Counted from the first letter of the stretch, positions 30,526-40,166 are shown. The stretch is DNA of 64,000 nt from an uncultured delta proteobacterium (GCA_963760795.1 CAVXEP010000014.1:1-64000); one strand, 5' to 3'. A program made the numbers and translations. The notes: generated by a model from the letters alone, not told the origin.

Positions 30526-31485
30526 TCACGCTGCTTTCTTGTTCTGCCAGAGCGCCATTAACCGATCGCGCTCGTTTTTGTCTAGATGGCTAAGCGCCTG
30601 ATCGACGATATCCATCCCCACCATCTGGTTCCACGCGCCAATGAGCCGTAGCGTTATCGGCCCCGGCGCGCCTTTGCCGATCTTGGCGCCATTGACCGTG
30701 CGGACCGGTACAAATGTCGGGCTGGTACTCGCTAGAAAAGCCTCTTCCGCGGTGTAAAGGTCGTAGGGCGTGAAATTTCCTTCGACGATTTCTAGGCCCA
30801 ATTGCCTCGCCAGGCCGAAGACCGCCTCCTTGGTAATGCCGCCGAGCACGTTGCGGTCGGACGGCGTGCACAACTTGCCGTTGACCACGAGGAAGAAGTT
30901 ATGCGCGCTGGTCTCGCTCAGGTTGCCATCGATATCAAGCATCAGCGGGATCGCCCGCGGGTCCACCTGCTTGGCCTCGAAGGATGCCATGTTATGGTTC
31001 ATCTTGTTGGTAATCTTGGCTTTGGACTCAAGGCACTCTGGCGGTATGCGGCGTGTCGATGGAATGACGATGGGCGCGCCCTCGACATAAAAGCTTGCGA
31101 ACTCGGGAAAATTTACGATCACCGAATAGACCGTCACGGTGGCCCCGCCGGCCACACGATTGCCCCTGGAAGAACGCACGCCGCGGCTCACCACTTGCCA
31201 AAGCGCGAGGTCTTCATTGGCGCGCAACTGCGGCTTATTGCGATCGAGCACTTGCAAGGTAATTTTTTCCATCTCTTCACAGGATAGGCCGCAGTCGATG
31301 CGCGTGTACTGCAGCGAGCGGAACAGCCGCTCGGTATGCTCGCGCAAGCGAAAGGGCCTTTGATCAAACGTACGCGTAACGTCATAGACTCCGTCGCCCG
31401 CGTTGAAGCCGCTGTCCAAAACCGACACCTTCGCCTGGCTCTCCGGCACAAAGGCACCATTCAAATAGACGATCCGTTCTTCCAT
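30526..31485 (-). CDS. aminotransferase class IV (BCAT/D-amino-acid aminotransferase-like)
   Basis: VYLNG..VP, GDGVYD..R, H.ERL..S, catalytic Lys in AKITN, E....NFF, LGGITK, EAFL.ST. Confidence 0.9.
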   Translation of the reverse strand: MEERIVYLNGAFVPESQAKVSVLDSGFNAGDGVYDVTRTFDQRPFRLREHTERLFRSLQYTRIDCGLSCEEMEKITLQVLDRNKPQLRANEDLALWQVVSRGVRSSRGNRVAGGATVTVYSVIVNFPEFASFYVEGAPIVIPSTRRIPPECLESKAKITNKMNHNMASFEAKQVDPRAIPLMLDIDGNLSETSAHNFFLVVNGKLCTPSDRNVLGGITKEAVFGLARQLGLEIVEGNFTPYDLYTAEEAFLASTSPTFVPVRTVNGAKIGKGAPGPITLRLIGAWNQMVGMDIVDQALSHLDKNERDRLMALWQNKKAA

Positions 31486-31617
31486 CGCTGATCTCCCTTC
31501 GAGCCGCGTCATTCAAAGCGGCGACCAAGCTATTTTCTACTGCCCAGCCATCGTCACTGTCAAGCCATGCCCGACTATTCAGCAGGATCTCGTCCAAGTC
31601 GTGCCGAGCAGGATGCA

Positions 31618-31682
31618 AAATCCCTCTAAGTCTCCCTTTACAAAGGGAGACATTCAAATGCCCCCGTTGGGCAAAGGAGGGA
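31618..31682. repeat. REP-like hairpins
   Basis: GTCTCCCTTT-AC-AAAGGGAGAC plus an adjacent CCCCC...GGGG hairpin. Confidence 0.5.
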
Positions 31683-31747
31683 ATTGAACAAGCGATACTC
31701 GTGAAATTCAATTACTAAGGTGGAACTGACTGTGATATTGCCGCGGC

Positions 31748-32755
31748 CTATTTGGCGAAAAATATCTGGCGAAATTCGTTGCTCAGACTCTTCGCCTCCT
31801 CCGCGCTGGGATTGTCCATGATCACCATGTTGGGGGCGACTTTCTCCGCACCTTGAATCGGCGGGTAGACGCCGGGGAAGAGCACGAACTCGCCGTCCTG
31901 GGCAATCAATTTTTGGCCGTCCGGCGAAGCCGCGTATTCGATGTAGAGACGTGCGGCGTTGGGCCGGGCCGCCTTCGCGGCCAACGCCAAATGGTTGGGA
32001 TCGGAAAGGTACTTGTCGAGAATGGAATAAGACACTGGCCCTTTGTACTGCTTGACGAACTTGATGTAAGCGATCCCGACATGAGCCTCGCCTTTGATGA
32101 CTGCCGGTGTCACCGGTGCCAGCGACTCGACCAACAGCGGCTGCTGTTTGGCGAGATTCTTTACGTAGTCGCGCCACTTTGCGCCCATGAGTTTTTCCAG
32201 GTTCCAGAGAAATTTCGCTGTCGTCGTATGCCGCGATGGGTCGGGCATGCTGATCTTGCCCTTCCACTTGGGCGCCAGCAGTTCCTCCAGTGATTTCGGC
32301 GCTTCGGCGGCCTTCACCAGATCGGTGTTGTAAAGAATGCTGATCGGCAGCAGGCGCCAGGGTGTGATCAGCGCATCCTTCTCCTTGAACTGTTCGGGGA
32401 ATTTCTCCGACGAGGGAGGAATGTAACGGGCAAAGAGCCCTTCTGTTTTCATGATCGCCATCACGTCCCAACTCGACTCCACCACGTCGAAAGCCGGACG
32501 GCCGGCGCGCCACTCCGACTGCGCCCGCTCCGCCACGGCCGTCGAGGAACCGCGCCAGTAGTCGACTTTGACGTCGTATTTTTTCTCGAAGTTTTTATGC
32601 AGCTCCTCCATCGCCTGAGGCACCACAGAGCCATAAACAACCACCCTGCCCTCTTTTTTTGCCGCCACAATATCGACGGGCTGTGACCGCGCGATCGCCG
32701 TGTTCAACAGGATCGATATGAGGAACATAAGCATAAAGCTGCCAGCGTTTTTCAT
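31748..32755 (-). CDS. ABC substrate-binding protein, Fbp/AfuA-like
   Basis: AKKEG.VV.Y, YNT.LV..P.S...L.PKWKG, A.PNAARL. Confidence 0.87.
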   Translation of the reverse strand: MKNAGSFMLMFLISILLNTAIARSQPVDIVAAKKEGRVVVYGSVVPQAMEELHKNFEKKYDVKVDYWRGSSTAVAERAQSEWRAGRPAFDVVESSWDVMAIMKTEGLFARYIPPSSEKFPEQFKEKDALITPWRLLPISILYNTDLVKAAEAPKSLEELLAPKWKGKISMPDPSRHTTTAKFLWNLEKLMGAKWRDYVKNLAKQQPLLVESLAPVTPAVIKGEAHVGIAYIKFVKQYKGPVSYSILDKYLSDPNHLALAAKAARPNAARLYIEYAASPDGQKLIAQDGEFVLFPGVYPPIQGAEKVAPNMVIMDNPSAEEAKSLSNEFRQIFFAK

Positions 32756-32860
32756 CGGTATGACCTTTCTTGCAAGTAACTAACCTCAGCTATCACAAAA
32801 CCTCGGCGGCTGCCCTGGGCAATGAACGGTTCGAAATACTTTCACTCATCCATCGGCGAG

Positions 32861-33874
32861 CTACTTCACCCCATGCGCGGCAAACAGCTTGTCGATATAG
32901 CCGCTGTCGTCGAGGCGGCGCAGGATTTGGTCGTCGACTAAGTCTTCCAACTTGATGTTGGCCAATTTTGGATTGCGCTGTTTCATCAACCTCTGGATAT
33001 TGCGCAAGCCTTCCATGGACGGAAACGGCTTCTTGTCCATGCCGATGAGCATATCGACGAAGCCCTCTTCCGCCTCCCGCTCGCTCACGTGCAGACGCCG
33101 CTGTAGCAACTTGATCGTCGCTGCTTTGTTCGGCGCGCCAAGCACGAAGGCGATCCCCTCCATCACCGCCTTCATAAAATTCTCCATGAGCTGGGGATTT
33201 TTCTGGATGTAAGCCTGGCGCGCAACGATGCTCGTGCTGGTGATCGGCAGGTTGGTCTTGTGCAGCTCGGCCAGAATCGGAAATCCCTTTTGGGCAAGCC
33301 GCTTGCTAAAAACCATATCGAGCACCGTGGCGTCGATGCGGTTATCTTCCAGCGCTTGACTGAGGACCACCTGGTCGCCGAGAACGAGAAATCGGATATC
33401 GTCGCGGCTGGTGTCGATTCCCAACTTTTCCAAGCCGAGCACACCACCCATCCACAACGTGCCGCCGATGCTGGTCACGCCGAAGCGTTTGCCGCGTAAA
33501 TCTTCGGCGCTTTTGATGCCCGGCCGCGCCACCAAGTCGTAAGTCACACGGTTGGTCAGTACCGCGAGAATTTTTAGATCTATGCCCGCTGCCGAAGCGC
33601 CGAGCACCGCGGTGCCGCCGGTGTAGCCGATATTCATGTCGCCCGAAGTCAGCGCCGCCACCAACGTCGGCGCGCCGCGCACGAAGATCACTTGCGGCTC
33701 GATGCCATATTTTCGAAAGATGCCGTATTCGTCGGCGGCCCAGAGCGGCGCCGAGCGCGGCCCGATGGAAGCGTAAGCGATCGTCATCTTGTTGGGCGCC
33801 ACCGCCGCATGACTGACAATCGCGCCGGTAAGAATCGCTAAAACAACCAGGATCAGCACTCGCAGGTCAAGCAT
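32861..33874 (-). CDS. ABC substrate-binding protein, NMT1/SsuA-like
   Basis: signal peptide; PLW...GIFRKYG, DLRGKRFGV, LDDSGYID. Confidence 0.87.
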   Translation of the reverse strand: MLDLRVLILVVLAILTGAIVSHAAVAPNKMTIAYASIGPRSAPLWAADEYGIFRKYGIEPQVIFVRGAPTLVAALTSGDMNIGYTGGTAVLGASAAGIDLKILAVLTNRVTYDLVARPGIKSAEDLRGKRFGVTSIGGTLWMGGVLGLEKLGIDTSRDDIRFLVLGDQVVLSQALEDNRIDATVLDMVFSKRLAQKGFPILAELHKTNLPITSTSIVARQAYIQKNPQLMENFMKAVMEGIAFVLGAPNKAATIKLLQRRLHVSEREAEEGFVDMLIGMDKKPFPSMEGLRNIQRLMKQRNPKLANIKLEDLVDDQILRRLDDSGYIDKLFAAHGVK

Positions 33875-34012
33875 TTTTTCTTCTCCTTTCGCGATGCTGG
33901 CAGTGACGCTGGAAATCGATTACTTGGAGACTGCGCAAGCCGACGAAACTTAACTTAGAAGAAGCAACGGAGACCCGTCAAGGGCAAACCTGGGTAAGCA
34001 GAACGATTCCAA

Positions 34013-34042
34013 TTGACAGGATTTTTACCTTTCCTATACACT
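34013..34042 (+). promoter_or_regulatory. sigma70-like promoter
   Basis: TTGACA-N18-TACACT upstream of ATG 34079, which has an AAGGAG RBS. Confidence 0.5.
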
Positions 34043-34078
34043 CCACGGCCTGTTAACCGTCATCTCAAGGAGCACGGC

Positions 34079-35086
34079 ATGAAATTGATCCAACGAATCT
34101 TACGAGCGATCCGAAGATCAAAACCGAGACCATTGATCGTTTTCGCCGCTCTAAGCTGGCTCGGCGTTACCTGGACCGGCGAAGCCGCGGCACAAAAAGT
34201 GCGCATCGCCATGCCGGCCAAAAGCATGACATTCTTGAATTTCTACGTCGGCGATAAGTTCGGCATCTACAAAGCCGAAGGGTTCGAGGTTTCCTTGGAA
34301 GTCATCAAGCCCGACGTCGGCGTCGCCGGCATGGTGGCCGGCGAAATCGACTATACTTCAGCCATCGGCACCGCTATGCGCGCCGCCGCCACCGGCGTGC
34401 CGACCAAGGCCGCCATGTTCACCATGGACAGGGTGGTGGTCTACATGTATGCGAAGCCATCGATCAAATCGATCGAAGAACTTAAAGGCGGCAAGACCGT
34501 CGCTTCCACCGGTCTGGTGGCAACTCCGACCTACGCCGCCAAGGCGATGGCGCGCGCCCATGGACTCAATCCCGACCGCGATCTCACTTTCGTTTTCACC
34601 GGCGATGCCGGCAATTCGCTCACGTCACTGCTCAGCGGGGCGACCGATGTGGCAATGCTGTCCATGCCCTTCAACGTCAAAGCTGAGGAGATGGGCTTTC
34701 GCAATCTCGGCAACGCCATCGACTATCTGCAAACTCCCTTTGCCGGACTCGGCGTCACCGAAGCGAAGATCAAAAACAACCCGGCGCAAGTAAAGCGCAT
34801 GATCCGCGCCACTCTCAAGAGCGTGGAATTTACCAGGGACCCGGCGAATCAAGATAAGGTGGTCGCCCTACTGATCGACGAGTTCAAACTCGAACGCAAA
34901 GCCGCCACGGCGGCGCTGCGCGATCTCATCAAAGCCTTCAGCAAAGACGGCACGACTTCGGAAGACGCGGTGAAGTTGGAGATTAGAGACATCCGCGAAC
35001 AAGCCAAGATCAAAGCGGAGGTGCCGGTAAGCCAGTTGGTCGACTACAAGCTGCTCGAAGAGGTGCTGGCGGAAATGAAAAAGTGA
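34079..35086 (+). CDS. ABC substrate-binding protein, NMT1/SsuA-like
   Basis: signal peptide (AAA-Q); GIYKAEG, GEIDY, VKRMIRA, LVDY. Confidence 0.87.
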   Translation: MKLIQRILRAIRRSKPRPLIVFAALSWLGVTWTGEAAAQKVRIAMPAKSMTFLNFYVGDKFGIYKAEGFEVSLEVIKPDVGVAGMVAGEIDYTSAIGTAMRAAATGVPTKAAMFTMDRVVVYMYAKPSIKSIEELKGGKTVASTGLVATPTYAAKAMARAHGLNPDRDLTFVFTGDAGNSLTSLLSGATDVAMLSMPFNVKAEEMGFRNLGNAIDYLQTPFAGLGVTEAKIKNNPAQVKRMIRATLKSVEFTRDPANQDKVVALLIDEFKLERKAATAALRDLIKAFSKDGTTSEDAVKLEIRDIREQAKIKAEVPVSQLVDYKLLEEVLAEMKK

Positions 35087-36228
35087 AGGCACCGGCAATG
35101 ACTATTCATCTTTTTCGCGCCGTCCTCGCGCTGCAATTGCTTGTCGGAACAACTCACGCATATGCGGCCGAAGCCAAATCATCCTGGCAAGTCGAGTGGG
35201 AAAAACTCGTCAAAGCCGCCGAGGGCGAAGGCGAAGTCAACGTGTACGTCGTCGATTACCCGAGATTTGCCGTCAGCCAATTTCAAAAAGCATTTCCGAA
35301 GATCAAACTAAATATGATCGACGGCCCGAGCGGCCCGGCGCTGTCGTCGCGCTTGATGGCCGAACGGCGCGCTGGCAAGTACCAGGCCGATCTCTACATC
35401 GCCGGCCAGGGCACGCATGTTTCGGTGCTCTATCCGGCAAAGGCATTGGCGCCGATGCCGGCGGCGTTCATCCTGCCGGAAGTCAAAGACGAGTCGAAGT
35501 GGTTCAAGGGTAAGCATCGCTTCGTCGATCCGGAAACCCGCCACTCGTTTGTCTTCCAGGGCCATCGCGGCCTCTATGTTTCCTACAACACCGGCCAGGT
35601 CAAAGCCGACGAGATCAAGTCGTGGGCGGATCTGATCAATCCGAAATGGAAAGGCAAGCTGATCGGCTACGATCCAGCGGTCGCCGGCGTGGCGCGCAAC
35701 GTGCTTTGGTACGTCTACAAGAATAAATTTCTCGGCCCGGACTTCATGCACAAACTCTACGGCGACATGGAAATCACGATCGCCCGCGACCAGCGCCAAC
35801 TGGTCGACTGGCTCGCCACCGGCAAAGCCGCGCTCTGCATCGCCTGCGACGACGCTGACATCAACGGCGCCAAGGAGAACAAGCTACCAGTGGAAACCTT
35901 CACCCAGACTTTGAAAGAAGGCGACTATGTCGCCGCCGGCCAAGGCGCCATCAGCATGCTCGCACCCCCACCCCACCCAAACGCCGCGCAAGCGTTTCTC
36001 AACTGGTTTCTCTCGAAGGAAGGCCAGACGATTTATCAGGAACAGTCGGTGAAAGCAGGCCAGCGAAACGCCAACTCCCGGCGCATGGACATCGCCAAAG
36101 ACGTGATCCGCCCGGAATACCGCCTGAAAGATAGCGCCGAAGTCTGGGAGAACGGCCCCGAAGTCGACAAGGAAACCGCGGAGGCGACCAAGCTGTTGAA
36201 AGAAATCCTCGCCAAGCGGTCGAAGTAA
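35083..36228 (+). CDS. ABC substrate-binding protein, Fbp/AfuA-like
   Basis: WEKLVKAAEGEG, AERRAGKY..D, YNT..V, DL.NPKWKG, PHPNAA..FLNWFLS.EGQ; start could be ATG 35098. Confidence 0.87.
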   Translation: MKAPAMTIHLFRAVLALQLLVGTTHAYAAEAKSSWQVEWEKLVKAAEGEGEVNVYVVDYPRFAVSQFQKAFPKIKLNMIDGPSGPALSSRLMAERRAGKYQADLYIAGQGTHVSVLYPAKALAPMPAAFILPEVKDESKWFKGKHRFVDPETRHSFVFQGHRGLYVSYNTGQVKADEIKSWADLINPKWKGKLIGYDPAVAGVARNVLWYVYKNKFLGPDFMHKLYGDMEITIARDQRQLVDWLATGKAALCIACDDADINGAKENKLPVETFTQTLKEGDYVAAGQGAISMLAPPPHPNAAQAFLNWFLSKEGQTIYQEQSVKAGQRNANSRRMDIAKDVIRPEYRLKDSAEVWENGPEVDKETAEATKLLKEILAKRSK

Positions 36229-36244
36229 TTGGATTCAGGAACGT

Positions 36245-36340
36245 GTTCCAGTCGTTCAAATCGTTCAAGTCGTTCCAATCGTCACAGGAAACGTAGGGAA
36301 CCAGAAAATTAACCGCAACGAACGCAATGGGCGCAAAAAA
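36245..36340. repeat. 9-mer tandem arrays (GTTCMARTC x4; GCAA-type)
   Basis: GTTCCAGTC GTTCAAATC GTTCAAGTC GTTCCAATC, then AACCGCAACGAACGCAATGGGCGCAAA. Confidence 0.65.
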
Positions 36341-36379
36341 TGTCCCTTATGGTAACTAAAATGTCCAAAGGAAATCTAT

Positions 36380-37606
36380 ATGCTCTCCCGTGAAGACAAT
36401 GAACTGCTAACACGAATCGAACCGGGCACACCGATGGGCAGCCTGTTTCGCCGCTATTGGATTCCCGCGCTGTTGGCCGAAGAGATCCCTACACCCGACT
36501 GCGCGCCGGTGCGGGTGCGCCTGCTCGGCGAAGAGCTGGTCGCGTTTCGCGCCAGCGACGGCAAGATCGGCCTGTTGGGCGAGCACTGCGCCCACCGCGG
36601 CACGTCGCTATTCTTCGGCCGCAATGAAGATTGCGGCTTGCGCTGCATTTACCACGGCTGGAAATATGACGTCGACGGCCACGTGCTGGAGACGCCGGCG
36701 GAGCCGGCCGGCAGCCAGTTAAAAAGTAAAGTGCGCCACACCGCCTATCCCTGCGTCGAAGCCGGCGGCATCGTCTTCGCGTACATGGGCGGCAGAGAAA
36801 ACCAGCCGCAATTCCCCAACTATCCTTGGCTCGGCGTGCCGCAACAACAGCGCTATATCGCCAAGAGTTTTCTCGAGTGTAACTATCTCCAAGGCCTCGA
36901 AGGCGACTGCGACTCGGCGCACCTGAACTTTCTCCACAAAATGTTCAAACCGGATGCTCGCCGGGAGTTTTTGAGTCTCGTCGATCAAGCGCCGGACTTC
37001 GAATTCGACGAACTGGACTGTGGGGTAAGGGCGGCCGCCATTAGAAGGTTGGACAAAGGCGCCACCTATGCGCGCGTCTCCCATTTCATCATGCCGTTTA
37101 TCGGCGCGGTTCCGGTGGGCTCCATGGTCGACGGGAGATTGGACGGCTTCAAAGCGGTCTATCAGGTGCCCGCCGACAACCGAAACACCTGGCGCTACGA
37201 CTTCTTTTTCAAATGGTCGCGACCGTTCAGTAAAGAAGACTCCTCCAAGCGTGATTTCGTCGACGCGAGCTATAAGAAACTACGCAACCAGCGCAACAAC
37301 TACCTGCAGGATCGCGAGCGGCAGAAAACGGTAAACTTCACCGGCATCACCGAGTTCTTGAACCAAGACGCCTGCGCCACTGAAAGCATGGGGGCGGTTG
37401 TCGACCGCAGCAAAGAACATGTCGGCGCCAGCGACGCATTCATTTTGCAAGTGCGCCGCTTCCTGCTGCGCGCCGTCAAGGACGTTCAAGCCGGTAAATT
37501 GCCGCCGGGATTGATCTTCGAACGCGAGCAAAACGACCTGGCCCATCTGCGCTGCGAGGCCGCGCATCTGCCGGCGGGCGTCTCATGGCGCTCGCTCTAC
37601 GAGTAA
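36380..37606 (+). CDS. Rieske non-heme iron oxygenase alpha subunit (phthalate dioxygenase/VanA-like clade)
   Basis: Rieske CAHRG...CIYHGW; mononuclear Fe EG..DSAH..FLH; QD....ESMG. Confidence 0.92.
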   Translation: MLSREDNELLTRIEPGTPMGSLFRRYWIPALLAEEIPTPDCAPVRVRLLGEELVAFRASDGKIGLLGEHCAHRGTSLFFGRNEDCGLRCIYHGWKYDVDGHVLETPAEPAGSQLKSKVRHTAYPCVEAGGIVFAYMGGRENQPQFPNYPWLGVPQQQRYIAKSFLECNYLQGLEGDCDSAHLNFLHKMFKPDARREFLSLVDQAPDFEFDELDCGVRAAAIRRLDKGATYARVSHFIMPFIGAVPVGSMVDGRLDGFKAVYQVPADNRNTWRYDFFFKWSRPFSKEDSSKRDFVDASYKKLRNQRNNYLQDRERQKTVNFTGITEFLNQDACATESMGAVVDRSKEHVGASDAFILQVRRFLLRAVKDVQAGKLPPGLIFEREQNDLAHLRCEAAHLPAGVSWRSLYE

Positions 37607-37654
37607 CGGCGAGAGATAAATTTAAGCTTGGTTAATCCGAAAAATTCCCGCGCA

Positions 37655-37835
37655 CAGGCGGGACGGCCCAGACCCGTCATTCCGAGAAGTACGAGGATCT
37701 CAGAAAATTTCTCCACTCGAGCGAAATGACAGGCCACCAATTTCCCCCTGCGTCTTGGCGGGAAATAATCCGAGACTGACCGGTGCGCGGAGCGCACCCG
37801 ACGAAACTTTGTGTTCTTTGCGTTCTTTGCGGCCA
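37655..37835. repeat. cluster of REP-like and 9-mer repeats between convergent genes
   Basis: GTCATTCCGAG...GAAATGAC; GGTGCGCGGAGCGCACC; TTTGTGTTCTTTGCGTTCTTTGCGGC. Confidence 0.55.
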
Positions 37836-37865
37836 ATTATCCGCTCGTCCCGCCGATCCGAAATT

Positions 37866-38918
37866 CTACCGATTCAAATATTTTTTCATCAGGCCGTTGA
37901 TGTAACCTTGGATCGACGGCGACACGACCAGGAGTTGGCGCAGCAGTTGCTCAGTTTCGCCGGCTGAAAGTATTTGCGCATCTTCACCGCTCACCCGCTT
38001 CAACTCCAGTTTGAACTCGGCGTCATCCTTCATGCGCGTAAAGCCGTCGCGCAGTTGGTGCAACAAGTGCGCCGGCGTCTTTGGCGCCGCATGCAGGGGC
38101 CGACCAACGCTGTCAGTGCCGGCAAATATGGTATAGGCCTGCCACGGCACACCGCTCGGCCGTTGCTCCTTGGCCACATCTTCGAACACCGGCACATCCG
38201 GGAACTCGCTGCGCCTTTGGAAGCCACCGTTCGCGCCCAACATGCCCTGCTGCACAAACGGATAGAAACCCTGGCCGATAAACTTCTGCAAGGTTGGTAA
38301 AGTCGCGGTTGGATAAATATCGGTTTCGTTGCGTTCAAAGGCGAGCTGAATCTCTCCGCCGCCGGGATAACCTTGCACCCACCGGACATTCCATTTGAGA
38401 AACTCCGCGCCCCAGAGAAAGATCGCGTTCCAACTTTCGTCGCCCGAGCGGACACCGACTTTGAGCGGCTCGCCGGCGCCGGTCAGACGCTCCAGGCTTT
38501 TTTTTCGGATCAGCGCCACCGACGTGCCGCGCCGCACGCTGCCGAGCGCCGGCCAGCGGGTCAGATCATGCTTGGCCTCTTTAACGCTCATGGCCTGCTG
38601 ATTGATCGTCGTCGTGCTGGTGTAGTGCAGCGTCAAGCCATCGGGCTTGGCGAATTGCTCGAACCAATTGCTCGCTACCGTTCCTCCCGCCCCCGGCATA
38701 TTTTGCACCATCATCGTCGGATGGCCCGGAATATAACTTCCCAAGAAGCGCGCCATCATGCGCGCCTCGGCATCGACTCCGCCGCCGCCGGGAAAGCCGG
38801 CGATGATGCGAATGGTCTTGCCCTTGAAATAGGCTTCCTGGGCGGACAAAAGATTTGTCTCAGGAAATAGAAGAATACATACGAACGAAACCACGCTATA
38901 GCTGAATTTAATCCGCAT
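37866..38918 (-). CDS. Bug/TctC-family substrate-binding protein
   Basis: GGAGG RBS before ATG 38918; YFKGKTIRII.GFP.GGG.D..AR; QNMPGAGG; GYPGG. Confidence 0.87.
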   Translation of the reverse strand: MRIKFSYSVVSFVCILLFPETNLLSAQEAYFKGKTIRIIAGFPGGGGVDAEARMMARFLGSYIPGHPTMMVQNMPGAGGTVASNWFEQFAKPDGLTLHYTSTTTINQQAMSVKEAKHDLTRWPALGSVRRGTSVALIRKKSLERLTGAGEPLKVGVRSGDESWNAIFLWGAEFLKWNVRWVQGYPGGGEIQLAFERNETDIYPTATLPTLQKFIGQGFYPFVQQGMLGANGGFQRRSEFPDVPVFEDVAKEQRPSGVPWQAYTIFAGTDSVGRPLHAAPKTPAHLLHQLRDGFTRMKDDAEFKLELKRVSGEDAQILSAGETEQLLRQLLVVSPSIQGYINGLMKKYLNR

Positions 38919-39101
38919 CGATGAATCCTCCGCGGCATATTTGAGCTGCACCGAAAACTCAGTCGGCGCAGCACCGAACCCCGGATGGGGAGAAACACAA
39001 CGTCATCGCTCCGGTTCGGGTTCCACGTCATGTCTTTAATGAGTTGATCTCCGACTTGTCAACACAACTACTAAACTTTTCGTTCCGCGATACAATTGCA
39101 A

Positions 39102-39130
39102 TTGACAGAAATTTTGCACTTCCATAGACT
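39102..39130 (+). promoter_or_regulatory. near-consensus sigma70 promoter
   Basis: TTGACA-N17-TAGACT, about 260 nt upstream of the next convincing CDS. Confidence 0.6.
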
Positions 39131-39136
39131 CCGCCT

Positions 39137-39305
39137 GATTCCTAAGGAACGAGCAACGCGAGCGGTAGGACAGCGGATGAGAATGGGTAGGACGGCAACG
39201 AGCCATAGTCAGCGTTTGGAAGACTATTCTGGCGCTAACCGGTAAAGCGAGAAAGTCGACTCGGGTGCGTTGTTAATGTGACCGCTCAATTGCATCGCGC
39301 TCGCT
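39137..39305 (+). ncRNA. candidate structured ncRNA or 5' leader (unassigned)
   Basis: directly after the promoter; ends pair (GAGCGGT/ACCGCTC, GCAA/TTGC); internal hairpin GCCATAGTC/GACTA..TGGC; no family recognised. Confidence 0.3.
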
Positions 39306-39390
39306 TTTGCGGGGGGCCTTTGCAGATATTAGTCTCGGCAAGAGACCCGGTCGGGCAGCATGCACCGCTAGCGGCCTCCAGAGTGTCATC

Positions 39391-39876
39391 GTGATAACGA
39401 TTTGTCGTGCGCAGATAGATGACATCCACGGAATCAAAGCTGTCCTGGCGGCAACTTGGACTGATACCTATTCATCATTTCTCTCGGAGTCATCCATAGC
39501 CAGCGTGACGGCTGAATGGCATTCACCGAGCGTTCTTGCAGCCGAGATCCACCGGCCTTCAACCTTCACTGGCGTAGCCAAAAGCGTTTCAAGCGAAATT
39601 GTCGGGATGATAACGGCACATTCACAGGGCGAGCTGTTACTCATCACTCGCTTGTATGTACTTCCCACGTATCAACGACAGGGTATAGGGGTAAGGCTGA
39701 TGGACGAAAGCTTCCGCGCATTCCCTCAAACACGGCGAGTGCAACTGGACGTTGAAGAAGAGAATCCTAAGGGGAGGGCTTTTTATAAAAAACTCGGATT
39801 TAACGAGGTCCGTGTCAAAATCGATGATCTCGCAGGCACAAAACTAAACTCCATCGTGTTGGAGAAGCATATTTGA
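39391..39876 (+). CDS. GNAT family N-acetyltransferase
   Basis: LYVLP..QRQGIG..LM, N..G..FYKKLGF; visibly more AT-rich than neighbours; start approximate. Confidence 0.88.
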   Translation: MITICRAQIDDIHGIKAVLAATWTDTYSSFLSESSIASVTAEWHSPSVLAAEIHRPSTFTGVAKSVSSEIVGMITAHSQGELLLITRLYVLPTYQRQGIGVRLMDESFRAFPQTRRVQLDVEEENPKGRAFYKKLGFNEVRVKIDDLAGTKLNSIVLEKHI

Positions 39877-40112
39877 CTACTATCTAACCTGCGCTGCGCT
39901 CGGCCGCGTCTGAAACGAAACGTTCAGCTCGAATCTATCTCTCCGACGTTTCCCATCGCATCGAACTAATCGATCGCATCCATTTTTCATCGTCGCGCCG
40001 CTAAATATTCCGGGAACGGCGGCGTAGAATCGTTTTTCTGAGGAAAGGCATCAGGCCCCTTCGTGGGATCAAACTTCACCCTCCGCCTTCATCCTTAATG
40101 CACCACTTCTCC

Positions 40113-40142
40113 TTGACAGCTCCGCTCGCCCGGAAATATGAT
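40113..40142 (+). promoter_or_regulatory. sigma70-like promoter
   Basis: TTGACA-N18-TATGAT; same flanks as 42352-42381. Confidence 0.55.
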
Positions 40143-40166
40143 CCGCCCAATCGAAGGAGGCCACCC

